Of a stretch of DNA of 64,000 nt, positions 1-8,720 are shown in pieces. Under the pieces are notes generated by a model. The model ran no database searches, was not told where the DNA came from, and was given only the letters and a program-made list of their open reading frames with translations. Within the stretch, counting starts at the first letter, position 1; each line of letters begins with the position of its first letter. The position numbers were made by a program, and so were the translations under genes. Source of the stretch: an uncultured Candidatus Saccharibacteria bacterium (GTDB lineage Bacteria > Patescibacteriota > Saccharimonadia > Saccharimonadales > JAGQNJ01); assembly GCA_964491925.1 (NCBI GenBank), contig CAZBGZ010000002.1, forward strand, positions 49,492-113,491, written 5' to 3'.

Positions 1-229
1 TTTGTCGTGTAGTCTTTTTGCTAGGCTCATCGCTGAAGCAAAAAGGGCTACCACCAACGATAACTCCAGAAAAATTATCAAGATGAAGTTCGGGTAGTCC
101 GTCTTGTTCCATACGTATGCGATGTGTATCAGACATTTCTAGATTCCCGTATCTCAAAAAAGCTTCGTATTCATTATCTGCCAGCGCGTCCTCTGGCCTC
201 AACTGCAAAAATAAAAACGGTTTTATCAT
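1..229 (-). CDS. class I glutamine amidotransferase-like protein, N-terminal 76 codons only (gene runs off the left edge)
   Basis: Not in the ORF track because there is no stop in the window. Hand translation from ATG 229-227: MIKPFLFLQLRPEDALADNEYEAFLRYGNLEMSDTHRIRMEQDGLPELHLDNFSGVIVGGSPFCFSDEPSKK. The LRPED...IR...LD.FSGVIVGGSPF pattern resembles GATase1 N-termini from memory. Confidence 0.55.
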   Translation of the reverse strand, partial: MIKPFLFLQLRPEDALADNEYEAFLRYGNLEMSDTHRIRMEQDGLPELHLDNFSGVIVGGSPFCFSDEPSKKTTRQ

Positions 230-236
230 AACAACT

Positions 237-245
237 AATATAACA
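237..245 (-). promoter_or_regulatory. extended -10 element, leaderless-type spacing
   Basis: Minus strand reads TGTTATATT; 7 nt to ATG at 229. Confidence 0.45.
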
Positions 246-258
246 GGTTGGCTTTTTT

Positions 259-267
259 TGTTATTAT
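259..267 (+). promoter_or_regulatory. extended -10 element, leaderless-type spacing
   Basis: TGTTATTAT; 6 nt to ATG at 274. Confidence 0.45.
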
Positions 268-273
268 GCGATT

Positions 274-909
274 ATGAAAATAACAAAATATGAGCATGCT
301 TGTCTGGATATTCTTGATGAATCGAATCGCCTTGTTATTGACCCGGGTGAACTAAGCCAATCCTTCGCAGACTTTGAGAATATTAACGTTTTAATTATTA
401 CTCACATTCACGGGGACCATTTTGACCCTAAAAAAATCAAAGCCATTATCAGTGCGAATCCAAATATAAAAATTTTTGCCACCAGCGAAATAGCCGGCGA
501 ACTAAAAGGGCGAGTTGTGACAGTCCCAGAATTGGGGAAACTATACAGTACGGATTCTTTCAATTTAGAATTTTTCGGTGAGTTACATGAAATGGTGGAC
601 CCAAAAACACCACAAGTCGAGAACATTGGCGTGCTGGTCAATAACAAATTGTACTATCCAGGCGATTCATTCACGGTGTGCCAAAAACCATTCATAGTTC
701 TTGCCGTACCAAAATCAGGACCTTGGTTTCGTGTTAGCGACTCTCTTCAATTATTTGAAAAGTCGAATTGTCAGCTCGTATTTCCAACTCATGACGGACT
801 ACTGAATGAAATTGGACATGGGACTATAAATAATTGGCTCAAAACGTTCGCAGAAAGGAATAATAAAAACTACCACCCACTAAAAATAGGTGAATCATTG
901 GAAATTTAG
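274..909 (+). CDS. MBL-fold metallo-hydrolase
   Basis: 211 aa; THIHGDHF (HxHxDH metal-binding motif) about 40 aa from the N-terminus. Confidence 0.75.
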   Translation: MKITKYEHACLDILDESNRLVIDPGELSQSFADFENINVLIITHIHGDHFDPKKIKAIISANPNIKIFATSEIAGELKGRVVTVPELGKLYSTDSFNLEFFGELHEMVDPKTPQVENIGVLVNNKLYYPGDSFTVCQKPFIVLAVPKSGPWFRVSDSLQLFEKSNCQLVFPTHDGLLNEIGHGTINNWLKTFAERNNKNYHPLKIGESLEI

Positions 910-1622
910 CTGATTATTGTGCCAATTTTTTCGCCGTTAACTAATTTTAGTAGATTATCTTCTTTTGAAGCATCGAACACTGCGATTGTTATTCCATGCT
1001 CTACTGCCATGCCCAATGCTGCTTGGTCCATGACTTTAATCTCTCGGTTTTCGACGGCATGCTGCAAAGTTAAATTATCATGCAGCTTGGCATCGCTATG
1101 TTTCGCAGGATCTTTGTCGTAAACACCTTCGACTTTTGTAGCCTTAATAACAATGTCACAATCTAATTCAAGACCCGTTAGAACAGCCGCTGTATCGTGC
1201 GTAGAATACGGACGGCCTGTACCTCCAGCGACAAGCAAAACTCGATCATTCTCCAGGTGTTTTTCAGCTAGACGGTAAGAATAGCTTTCTGCCAGTTGTT
1301 CAACAAAAATATTACTGAGACATCGGGTGGGGACACCGTGGGCCTCAAATATATCTGTCAATGCCATAGCGTTCATTAAGCCGGACAACATTCCCATTTG
1401 GTCAGCCGTAACTCGCTTTATGCTGCTATCCTTTGATAACTCTTCACCTCTGACCATGTTGCCGCCACCGACTATCACCACAACCTGTACCCCTTGGCGT
1501 TGTACTTTTGATATTTCCTCAGCCAAATACTTGGCTACTTCTGGGTCTATTCCGTATTCGTGATTGCCAGCCAGTTGCTCGCCAGATAGCTTCAATAGGA
1601 TGCGTTTGTACTTTGTACTCAT
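906..1622 (-). CDS. pyrH: UMP kinase
   Basis: 238 aa; KRILLKLSGE...VVIVGGGN...TGRPYSTHDTAA, typical PyrH amino-acid-kinase fold motifs. Confidence 0.93.
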   Translation of the reverse strand: MSTKYKRILLKLSGEQLAGNHEYGIDPEVAKYLAEEISKVQRQGVQVVVIVGGGNMVRGEELSKDSSIKRVTADQMGMLSGLMNAMALTDIFEAHGVPTRCLSNIFVEQLAESYSYRLAEKHLENDRVLLVAGGTGRPYSTHDTAAVLTGLELDCDIVIKATKVEGVYDKDPAKHSDAKLHDNLTLQHAVENREIKVMDQAALGMAVEHGITIAVFDASKEDNLLKLVNGEKIGTIIS

Positions 1623-1632
1623 CTAAGAGACA

Positions 1633-1641
1633 AGTCTAGCA
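1633..1641 (-). promoter_or_regulatory. extended -10 element, short-leader spacing
   Basis: Minus strand TGCTAGACT; 10 nt to ATG at 1622. Confidence 0.4.
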
Positions 1642-1672
1642 GATACGTTGTTATATCGCTATACTTTATGTT

Positions 1673-2470
1673 ATGAAATTGTATAGTTGGAATGTAAACG
1701 GGATTCGGGCAGTCTGGAATAAAGGTGAATTCAAAAAGTTCATAGATACCCACAAGCCAGATGTGTTGTGCTTGCAAGAAACAAAAGCCCAGCAACATCA
1801 ATCCGAAGTTGACATCGAGGGATACGAAGAATACTGGAACAGTGCTGAAAAAAAAGGTTACTCTGGCACTGCAATTTTTTCAAAACAAAAACCTCTGGCG
1901 ATTATCAACGGTTTCCCAGAAGATATTATCAAAAAACACAAAGTTACCGGCGATGTATACGGCGACCCGAACAAAGAGGGTAGGGTGATGACTGCCGAGT
2001 TCAAGGATTTTTATGTCGTAACTGTTTACACCCCCAATTCCAAAGATGACCTCAGCCGAGTCCAACTGCGACATAAGCATTGGGACCCGGCATTCTTGGC
2101 CTACATAAAACAACTCGAAACCAAAAAACCAGTACTTGCTTGTGGCGACCTAAATGTTGCTCATACCGAGGACGACCTGGCTAGGCCCAAGCCAAACATT
2201 GGCAAGCGAGGTTTTACCAATGAAGAGCGTGAGGGCTTCCAAAATTTCGTAGACAATGGGCTACTGGATACCTTTCGTTTATTCACTCAGGGGAATGGTC
2301 ATTATAGCTGGTGGACACACTTTGCAAAGGCACGAGAACGTAATGTTGGCTGGCGCATTGATTATTGGCTAGTAAGTAGCAATATAAAAGACAAGATAAA
2401 ATCTGCCGAAATCCACCCAGAAGTCATGGGCTCGGACCATTGCCCAGTCAGCATAGAAATAAAGGCATAG
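1673..2470 (+). CDS. xth: exodeoxyribonuclease III (AP endonuclease)
   Basis: 265 aa; MKLYSWNVNGIRA...LCLQETK...GSDHCPV ExoIII family signatures. Confidence 0.93.
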   Translation: MKLYSWNVNGIRAVWNKGEFKKFIDTHKPDVLCLQETKAQQHQSEVDIEGYEEYWNSAEKKGYSGTAIFSKQKPLAIINGFPEDIIKKHKVTGDVYGDPNKEGRVMTAEFKDFYVVTVYTPNSKDDLSRVQLRHKHWDPAFLAYIKQLETKKPVLACGDLNVAHTEDDLARPKPNIGKRGFTNEEREGFQNFVDNGLLDTFRLFTQGNGHYSWWTHFAKARERNVGWRIDYWLVSSNIKDKIKSAEIHPEVMGSDHCPVSIEIKA

Positions 2471-2471
2471 T

Positions 2472-3005
2472 GTGAAACTAAAGATTTTGGTTGCATCACG
2501 TAATAAGATAAAAAAGTTAGCAGTCGAGGATGCCTTTAGACAATTCACTAACGCCGACTTTGAAGTTTTTTTATCAGACAACGAAGTTGACAGTGGCGTC
2601 AACGCACAGCCACTTACTCAAAAAGAAACAGCGGAGGGTGCTATCAATCGATTAAGGGCCCTAGGCGAGAGAAACGAATATAATTATCTAGTTGCCATCG
2701 AAGGTGGAGCATTCAACGTAATCTTACCATCAGGTCAAAAATGGTTTGAAGCGGGTTGCGCCGCTGTATTGTCCAAAGCTGCCAAAAACCCATCGGTGGC
2801 CTTCGCACCAGCCTATCCAATACCAGAAGAATTTGTGAAATATCTAAAGTCAGGCAAAGACCTAACTGAAGCTATGGAAATAGTTACAGGTATACCGAAT
2901 ACAGGGGCTGCCGCAGGCTTTAACGGTTGGCTGACCCAGGGGAAAATAGATCGTCGTGCCGGTTCGGCACTGGCTGTCCTGCTAGCACTATATGAATTAA
3001 GTTAA
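2472..3005 (+). CDS. inosine/xanthosine triphosphatase-like (YjjX/DUF84 family)
   Basis: 177 aa, GTG start; N-terminus VASRNKIKKLAV...VDSGVNAQPL..ETAEGAINR resembles E. coli YjjX as I remember it. Confidence 0.65.
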   Translation: MKLKILVASRNKIKKLAVEDAFRQFTNADFEVFLSDNEVDSGVNAQPLTQKETAEGAINRLRALGERNEYNYLVAIEGGAFNVILPSGQKWFEAGCAAVLSKAAKNPSVAFAPAYPIPEEFVKYLKSGKDLTEAMEIVTGIPNTGAAAGFNGWLTQGKIDRRAGSALAVLLALYELS

Positions 3006-3019
3006 TGCGCTTATGTTAA

Positions 3020-3661
3020 TCATTCTGACGGTAGAGTGATAGGCAATCTACTTATGGGAATAGGTAATTGATCATTACTTAAATTTGCTTTAGCGAAAGC
3101 ATTATAGCAGCACACAGCCAGACCGCCGCTACTGAGTGCAACTTCACTAAAACTCTTCACTGTTGCGTCACGATCGCCTGGAGGCAGATCACTAGCCTGG
3201 GTGATTCCGCGCATGATATACAAAACGTTTTGAGAAAAAGGAGTTTCTTCAAAAGGAGTTTGAAGTATTTCGTCTGGGTCAGTGCTTAATGTAGTTTCCC
3301 ATGGCCGCTCATTAAGTACAATTTGTGCAGTGGCTTCTGCAGCAGCTCTAAAACTGAATTCATCTGCAGAGTGACCAGACTTTAGCCAGATTCCTAGCCC
3401 AAATTTGTCAAATAATCCTGCGGCGAATTTTGCTAATTGGAGCTGAGCAGTCATACCGCCCTGAGAATCGTGATCTTTGCCTTGTCGATGTAAAAGCTGG
3501 AAATTATGCCATTCCGTCCCCAGAAATCCATAGATGCTAGTTCGGTCAGAGTCTGGCAACTTTGCCCTAGCAATCTTTTTATCATATCCTGCTTTTCGAG
3601 CTGAATAGTCTAGCTCGGCAGGCAACCATCTTTCAAATTCGAGCATTGCAGTTGTTTTCAT
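3020..3661 (-). CDS. hypothetical protein
   Basis: 213-aa ORF with its own promoter-like element; no motif recognised. Confidence 0.5.
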   Translation of the reverse strand: MKTTAMLEFERWLPAELDYSARKAGYDKKIARAKLPDSDRTSIYGFLGTEWHNFQLLHRQGKDHDSQGGMTAQLQLAKFAAGLFDKFGLGIWLKSGHSADEFSFRAAAEATAQIVLNERPWETTLSTDPDEILQTPFEETPFSQNVLYIMRGITQASDLPPGDRDATVKSFSEVALSSGGLAVCCYNAFAKANLSNDQLPIPISRLPITLPSE

Positions 3662-3670
3662 CCAAATATA

Positions 3671-3679
3671 CTTATACCA
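3671..3679 (-). promoter_or_regulatory. extended -10 element, leaderless-type spacing
   Basis: Minus strand TGGTATAAG; 9 nt to ATG at 3661. Confidence 0.4.
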
Positions 3680-3702
3680 TTTTTACTCTTCTTAAACAAC
3701 TA

Positions 3703-3711
3703 TGCTAGTCT
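3703..3711 (+). promoter_or_regulatory. extended -10 element, leaderless-type spacing
   Basis: TGCTAGTCT; 7 nt to ATG at 3719. Confidence 0.4.
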
Positions 3712-3718
3712 AGAGAGT

Positions 3719-4429
3719 ATGAAGAGGTTTGCGGTTTTCGATATCGATGGTACGTTGATTCGTTGGCAACTTTACCACGCCGTTGTCGACCACCTAGCCA
3801 GAGAAGGACTGTTGGGGAAGTATGATCATAAAACCCTGCATCAAGCCAGGATGGTTTGGAAACGCAGAGAGACCTCGGATGCATTCAAAGATTATGAAAA
3901 AACTCTTATAAGTACCTACGAGAATTCGTTGCCTGGGCTCAGTACCAAAGATTTTGATATTGCGGTAGAAGCAGTAGCCCGCGAATACAAAGAACAAGTT
4001 TATAACTATACCCGCGGGTTGGCCGATTCGTTAAAAAACAAAGGTTACGTGCTACTAGCAATTTCTGGATCACACCAGGAATTAGTAAAACACATTGCAC
4101 AGCAATACGATTTTGACGATTGGGTGGGGACTATCTACCATAGAGTAGGCGACGGCTTCACGGGCTCAAAAACAGTGGCATCACTAGATAAAAAGGAAGC
4201 CCTACAAAATCTGGTAGACAAACACAACTTGACCTACGTGAATAGCTACGGAATCGGCGATAGCGCCAGCGATGCTGCATTTTTAGAGGTTGTCGACAAT
4301 CCGATTGCCTTCAACCCAGACCAACAGCTGTTCGACATGGCAAAAGAAAAAAGTTGGGATATTGTTATCGAACGGAAGAACGTTATTTATAGCCTAAAGG
4401 ACAACAATGGAAAATACATATTGGCATAA
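3719..4429 (+). CDS. HAD-IB family hydrolase (SerB-like)
   Basis: 236 aa; FDIDGTL motif I at the N-terminus, later ISGS and GDSASD motifs. Confidence 0.8.
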   Translation: MKRFAVFDIDGTLIRWQLYHAVVDHLAREGLLGKYDHKTLHQARMVWKRRETSDAFKDYEKTLISTYENSLPGLSTKDFDIAVEAVAREYKEQVYNYTRGLADSLKNKGYVLLAISGSHQELVKHIAQQYDFDDWVGTIYHRVGDGFTGSKTVASLDKKEALQNLVDKHNLTYVNSYGIGDSASDAAFLEVVDNPIAFNPDQQLFDMAKEKSWDIVIERKNVIYSLKDNNGKYILA

Positions 4430-5207
4430 ACAATCTAAAGACAAGCCGCTGTTTCCTGACCTGCTTTGGAGCAGACCAGAAAACAAACGCTTGGCAGGAA
4501 AACTGTTAATTATTGGTGGCAACAAATTCAACTTTAGCGCACCGGGGCAGGCTTACGAAGCAGCGGTAAAAGCTGGGATTGGCGTCGCCAAGGTTCTGAT
4601 GCCGGACGCTCTCAAAAAAACAATTGGAAGCGTACTAGAAAACTGCGAATTTGGCCCAACTAATAAAAGTGGTAGTTTCGCCCGTGCCGCATTAGACGTT
4701 TGGCTAGAATGGGCACCGTGGTCAGACCACGTTCTATTGGCAGGCGACGTTGGCAGAAATAGCGAGACTGCAATAGTTTTGGAGCAGTTTATACAAAAAT
4801 ACTCTGGGCCACTGACAATCGCCCAGGATTGCCTAGACCAATTTACGTCTAACCCGGATAAATTATTTTCTAGGCCCAACACAACAATTGTAGCTAGCTT
4901 TGCCCAGCTGCAAAAAGCTTGGCCCCACATCATTAAAAATGGCGAAGAAGTCATAAAATACGGTTTACCATTGCAAAAAAATATCGAGTTATTCCACAAA
5001 GTTACTGAAAAACTGCCAGTATCAATTATCACGAAACACAACGATGACCTGGTCGTGGCAGTAGCAGGACAAATTAGCACAACGCTAAATACAGATACTG
5101 TTTGGCGCGTAAGAACAGCGGCCGGAGCGAGCGTATGGCAACTACAAAACCCTTCTCAAACTTTCTCAGCTTTAACAGTAGCGGCCCACGAACAAACGCA
5201 GAATTAA
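4407..5207 (+). CDS. YjeF C-terminal / carbohydrate-kinase-like protein (possible NAD(P)HX dehydratase relative)
   Basis: 266 aa; overlaps the HAD gene by 23 nt; LLIIGGN...APGQAYEAAVKAGIG resembles the Nnr dehydratase N-terminal region, but the C-terminal GxGD motif was not seen. Confidence 0.4.
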   Translation: MENTYWHKQSKDKPLFPDLLWSRPENKRLAGKLLIIGGNKFNFSAPGQAYEAAVKAGIGVAKVLMPDALKKTIGSVLENCEFGPTNKSGSFARAALDVWLEWAPWSDHVLLAGDVGRNSETAIVLEQFIQKYSGPLTIAQDCLDQFTSNPDKLFSRPNTTIVASFAQLQKAWPHIIKNGEEVIKYGLPLQKNIELFHKVTEKLPVSIITKHNDDLVVAVAGQISTTLNTDTVWRVRTAAGASVWQLQNPSQTFSALTVAAHEQTQN

Positions 5208-5266
5208 CCTATCAATCGAAATAAGTATTGACAGATAGTGTTTCAAAGTATTTAATAATCATTAAC

Positions 5267-5653
5267 ATGAGCAGAGAAGATATGGGATGGATTACAGATA
5301 GAATACAACAGGTAGTATTTACTTCAGATATGTTACCTGGATCTATTCTAAAGATACACAGTCAAACTAATAGTGCCAAATTCATGACTCTCGAAGTACT
5401 TGGGTTATTTGAAGATACAGACCCATTAGTTGTTGTAAGGAGTGGCGGGGTAGAAGATTCTACCGGAACATGTACGGGTCTCTTGCTGGGATCGTTCGTA
5501 ACTGTTGGTAGGGTGGAAGAGCTTGAACCCGGTCATCTGGTACAGGGCAGCGACCTAGCAATAGAGTGTACCACTGGATATACGCGTGTTGAAACACTGA
5601 GAGGGCGAATGGAGCTAGTACCCCCAAAAACCCAGCCCATCCAGGCTGTATAA
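5267..5653 (+). CDS. hypothetical protein
   Basis: The track ORF begins at TTG 5228. The first ATG (MSREDMGW) at 5267 is preferred. Followed by a terminator-like hairpin. Confidence 0.45.
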   Translation: MSREDMGWITDRIQQVVFTSDMLPGSILKIHSQTNSAKFMTLEVLGLFEDTDPLVVVRSGGVEDSTGTCTGLLLGSFVTVGRVEELEPGHLVQGSDLAIECTTGYTRVETLRGRMELVPPKTQPIQAV

Positions 5654-5683
5654 ATAATCTAGTTAATCTGGTTAAATTACCGC

Positions 5684-5712
5684 GGGAAAGGGTTCCCAGG
5701 CCAGCTTTTTTT
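5684..5712 (+). terminator. candidate intrinsic terminator
   Basis: GGGAA-AGGG-TTCCC hairpin (5684-5697), extended by CTGG/CCAG pairing, then a T7 run at 5706-5712. Confidence 0.45.
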
Positions 5713-5723
5713 GTTTGATGTGT

Positions 5724-5812
5724 TGGTGCCGCAGGTCGGAGTCGAACCGACACGCTCGGTGAAGAGCACGGGATTTTGAGTCCCGCATGTCTACCAATTC
5801 CATCACTGCGGC
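5724..5812 (-). tRNA. tRNA-Leu (anticodon CAA)
   Basis: Minus strand GCCGCAGTGATGGAATTGGTAGACATGCGGGACTCAAAATCCCG...long variable arm...GGTTCGACTCCGACCTGCGGCACCA. 7-bp acceptor, anticodon loop CTCAAAA, CCA encoded. Confidence 0.9.
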
Positions 5813-5940
5813 ACGAGATGTTAAGTAATTTATACCAATTCCGTCACTCCAGTTAGGGTTGAGCGATAGCAGAACAGAGATAATTGTACTATAATTACTC
5901 TGTTAGTGCCAATGTTAGTGCAACAGAATAATTTCAGTAT

Positions 5941-7104
5941 ATGAGCCCAGAATCAGATCAAGCTAAAACGCCCAAAACTAGTAGCCGGCCCGAGCCAGCT
6001 GTCAATATCGCGCGAGCAAAACTTGACAAGCTATATGCATCCGAACCAATTGCCAAAGAAGAACTAAAATACACAAAACAGACAGACCCTTTAATTTCCA
6101 AACACCAAGCTTATATGTTAGGTCTCAGTAAATCTGGAAAGTCTTTGGCTGATATACAAACCGCCTGGCATGGATATTATGTGGCGTTGTCCGATAAAGA
6201 AAAACACGAAGTATGGCAAGAATTTTACGCCGAGCATGCCAAAAAAAGACCAGAAATAACGCCTGCAGTTGCCACCAAACAGCCAGAACTAGAACCAAAA
6301 CCAAACCACAAAAACGTAACCGATGTAAAAAAACGCATTTTGAGATCAGCAGAAGATAACCGCAGATACACTGCCAGAAAACAAAACATTCATTCAGTAG
6401 TCTTCGGCCTCGGCATGGGTTCACTAGTTATGTTCATTTTGTTATTTGGCTTTTTTAACGAAAGATTTATAGCGCCGTTCATTACTCCCAGTAGAACCGT
6501 CAGCTCAACACCCATAATCGTTGACCCTAATTCCAGTAGTGTTGGCCCCGAGTCAGAAGTAATTATTCCCAAGATTAACGTTGAAATACCGACGGTTTAT
6601 AATATTCCATATAATTCTAACCCTGATAAATTCGAAAAAAGTATTCAAACAGGCCTAGAGGGAGGGGTAGTACACTATTCAATAACTCCAGACCCAGGGC
6701 AAAAGGGCAATAGCGTTTTTGTTGGGCACTCTAGTAATAACATATTCAATAAGGGCAAATACAAATTTGCTTTTGTACTACTGAGCAAATTGGAAAAGGG
6801 CGATACATTTTACCTTACCAAGAATAAAGTACGCTATGCCTATAAAGTTTTCGAAAAGAAAATTGTAAACCCTAGCGATGTTTCTGTGCTCAAACCTACC
6901 AGTAAAACAGCCACGGCTACCTTAATAACCTGTGACCCGCCGGGCACATCATTGAACCGTCTAGTTGTTGTAGGAGAACAGATAAGCCCTGACCCGATAG
7001 AGAACAAAGCCAGCACAGCAACGGAGGCAAGCGCTTCAGAGCCGACAATTGTACCCGGCAATGCCGAAAGTTTATGGCAAAGAATCAAAAACCTAGTATT
7101 CTAG
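5941..7104 (+). CDS. sortase family transpeptidase with long N-terminal cytoplasmic extension
   Basis: 387 aa; TM helix near residues 160-185; C-terminal domain with VGHS and TLITCDP (TLxTC catalytic Cys motif). Confidence 0.85.
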   Translation: MSPESDQAKTPKTSSRPEPAVNIARAKLDKLYASEPIAKEELKYTKQTDPLISKHQAYMLGLSKSGKSLADIQTAWHGYYVALSDKEKHEVWQEFYAEHAKKRPEITPAVATKQPELEPKPNHKNVTDVKKRILRSAEDNRRYTARKQNIHSVVFGLGMGSLVMFILLFGFFNERFIAPFITPSRTVSSTPIIVDPNSSSVGPESEVIIPKINVEIPTVYNIPYNSNPDKFEKSIQTGLEGGVVHYSITPDPGQKGNSVFVGHSSNNIFNKGKYKFAFVLLSKLEKGDTFYLTKNKVRYAYKVFEKKIVNPSDVSVLKPTSKTATATLITCDPPGTSLNRLVVVGEQISPDPIENKASTATEASASEPTIVPGNAESLWQRIKNLVF

Positions 7105-7108
7105 TTAC

Positions 7109-8596
7109 TCAGTTGGCAACAACTAGACTTGTCTGAGTTAACTGAGATTTATTATTCGAACTTTTGGCGATAGGCGAAACAACAAACAACTGGCTATAGT
7201 CGGGGCTAAACATTGCAGGAAATTGTGAACCAGAACTTACAAGTGTTTGCTTATTAATCCCATCGAAGTCAAATATGGCCAATTTATTTTTTGAAACAAA
7301 AGCCAATCTATGACCGTCCATCCAGGATACTTGAGAGCCGGGGTCAATTTTGTCTGTAATTTTATAGTGATACTGTCTATCCTGATCTGCGTCATAAACA
7401 TCAAAATTTTGACCACTTTGAGCTGCTATGAACTGGCTGCTCTCAGAAAATGATACCTGGTCTACGCTTTTCAGTCTTAAGGTGCGGGTTGTTAGTTCAG
7501 TATCAGTTTTTTTGCGTAAAAAAGCTTTGACTGGATCTCGGTATACATAAGTATTGTCATCGTTTTTTGCACCAGCGACAACGAATAATTTGCCGTTGAA
7601 AGATGAAATGTCTAGATTATATTCTTTATCTAATGGAAGCTGTCTGAGCAGCTGAACTGTATTATTTTGTCTTATAAAGACATTGACCATTTTGGTATTT
7701 TTTTTGCTAACGTACATTATCGTGTCATTACCGTGGTGGTCAAAATCGATCACATTTTTTGCAACAAGACTCAGGGTTTTATCGTTAATCTGTCCTCTTA
7801 GTAGTCTATTGTCAGTCAACTGGAAGTAAAAGTTATCTGGTTTTTTGTCCCTAAGCACGGCAACGAGAGGCGACAGGTTAAAAGTGTTGTTGAGGTTGAT
7901 ACTAGAACTCGGTTTTTGGGCATCAATTAGAATAAAAGTCTTAGTTTCCCCTGATTTGTAAGATACCAGCAAATGTCGATTATCTTTTGCCCATTCTACT
8001 AATTCAAGTCTTTCAGCCTTTGCGCCAACTGGGAATAAGCTACTAGATAGTTTGAACCCAGTTTTTTGCTCGATTGAACTGCCAGAATTAAAAACATCAA
8101 AGCTTCCTAGCGTACCTGGTTGTTGTATTATTATTAATTTTTTGTCGGGTGACTGAGTAACTAGACCAGGCGCAGAGGCATATTGTTTTTTTCTACCTGT
8201 GATTAGTTTGTCTGGGAATAAAAGTGGGTACACTAATCTCTCCACGTTTCCACCGCGAAGCTCGACTGTTCTTTTCCATGGCCTGTAACCCTTTTTTAAA
8301 AACTCAAAATTATACTTGTCTGCCTTAAGATTCAAGCGATCACTAGTAACTGCAGTTTTAGAAAATGTACCCTCAGAGTTTGTGATCTTTACTTTAGCCT
8401 GATCTGGCGTTGAAGCCAAAAATACGATTCCATTTTGGAAAATATTCCCACTACGATCTACACCAAAACCAAATGAAGCATATAGCAATATTACCGCCCC
8501 CAGTCCAATAGCGATAGTCATTAGACCGTAACCAAGGAAGAGGCGACGAGAGTGGGCTTTGCGTTTTTTGGGGTCAAGAAAATCCATATTGGTCAC
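7109..8596 (-). CDS. membrane-anchored PEGA-domain protein with beta-rich C-terminal domain
   Basis: 495 aa; N-terminal TM; region AKVKITNSEG...YNFEFLKKGYRPWKRTVEL resembles a PEGA domain. Start is GTG 8596 or ATG 8587. Confidence 0.6.
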   Translation of the reverse strand: MTNMDFLDPKKRKAHSRRLFLGYGLMTIAIGLGAVILLYASFGFGVDRSGNIFQNGIVFLASTPDQAKVKITNSEGTFSKTAVTSDRLNLKADKYNFEFLKKGYRPWKRTVELRGGNVERLVYPLLFPDKLITGRKKQYASAPGLVTQSPDKKLIIIQQPGTLGSFDVFNSGSSIEQKTGFKLSSSLFPVGAKAERLELVEWAKDNRHLLVSYKSGETKTFILIDAQKPSSSINLNNTFNLSPLVAVLRDKKPDNFYFQLTDNRLLRGQINDKTLSLVAKNVIDFDHHGNDTIMYVSKKNTKMVNVFIRQNNTVQLLRQLPLDKEYNLDISSFNGKLFVVAGAKNDDNTYVYRDPVKAFLRKKTDTELTTRTLRLKSVDQVSFSESSQFIAAQSGQNFDVYDADQDRQYHYKITDKIDPGSQVSWMDGHRLAFVSKNKLAIFDFDGINKQTLVSSGSQFPAMFSPDYSQLFVVSPIAKSSNNKSQLTQTSLVVAN

Positions 8597-8601
8597 TAGT
8601 A

Positions 8602-8610
8602 CTTATATCA
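8602..8610 (-). promoter_or_regulatory. extended -10 element
   Basis: Minus strand TGATATAAG; 5 nt to GTG 8596 (14 nt to ATG 8587). Confidence 0.35.
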
Positions 8611-8720
8611 CGATTACACCTCTGATTCCAGGAAATTACTTGCGAGGTGGCAAGAGACGGTTTAAGATGTATAAGCAAAGCATTTTAGACAAATAAAATA
8701 CAACAGAGGGCAGTACACTC

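Noticed and set aside
4553-5080. 175-aa antisense ORF inside 4407..5207, and similar nested ORFs (15892..16323, 26416..26790, 28567..28920, 37407..37754, 51986..52339, 59162..59509)
   Set aside because: All are fully embedded opposite genes with recognisable motifs, and none has promoter, SD or domain evidence. They are treated as shadow ORFs.
5460-5753. 97-aa minus-strand ORF overlapping tRNA-Leu
   Set aside because: It runs through the tRNA gene and the 3' end of a + strand ORF, so it is an artefact.
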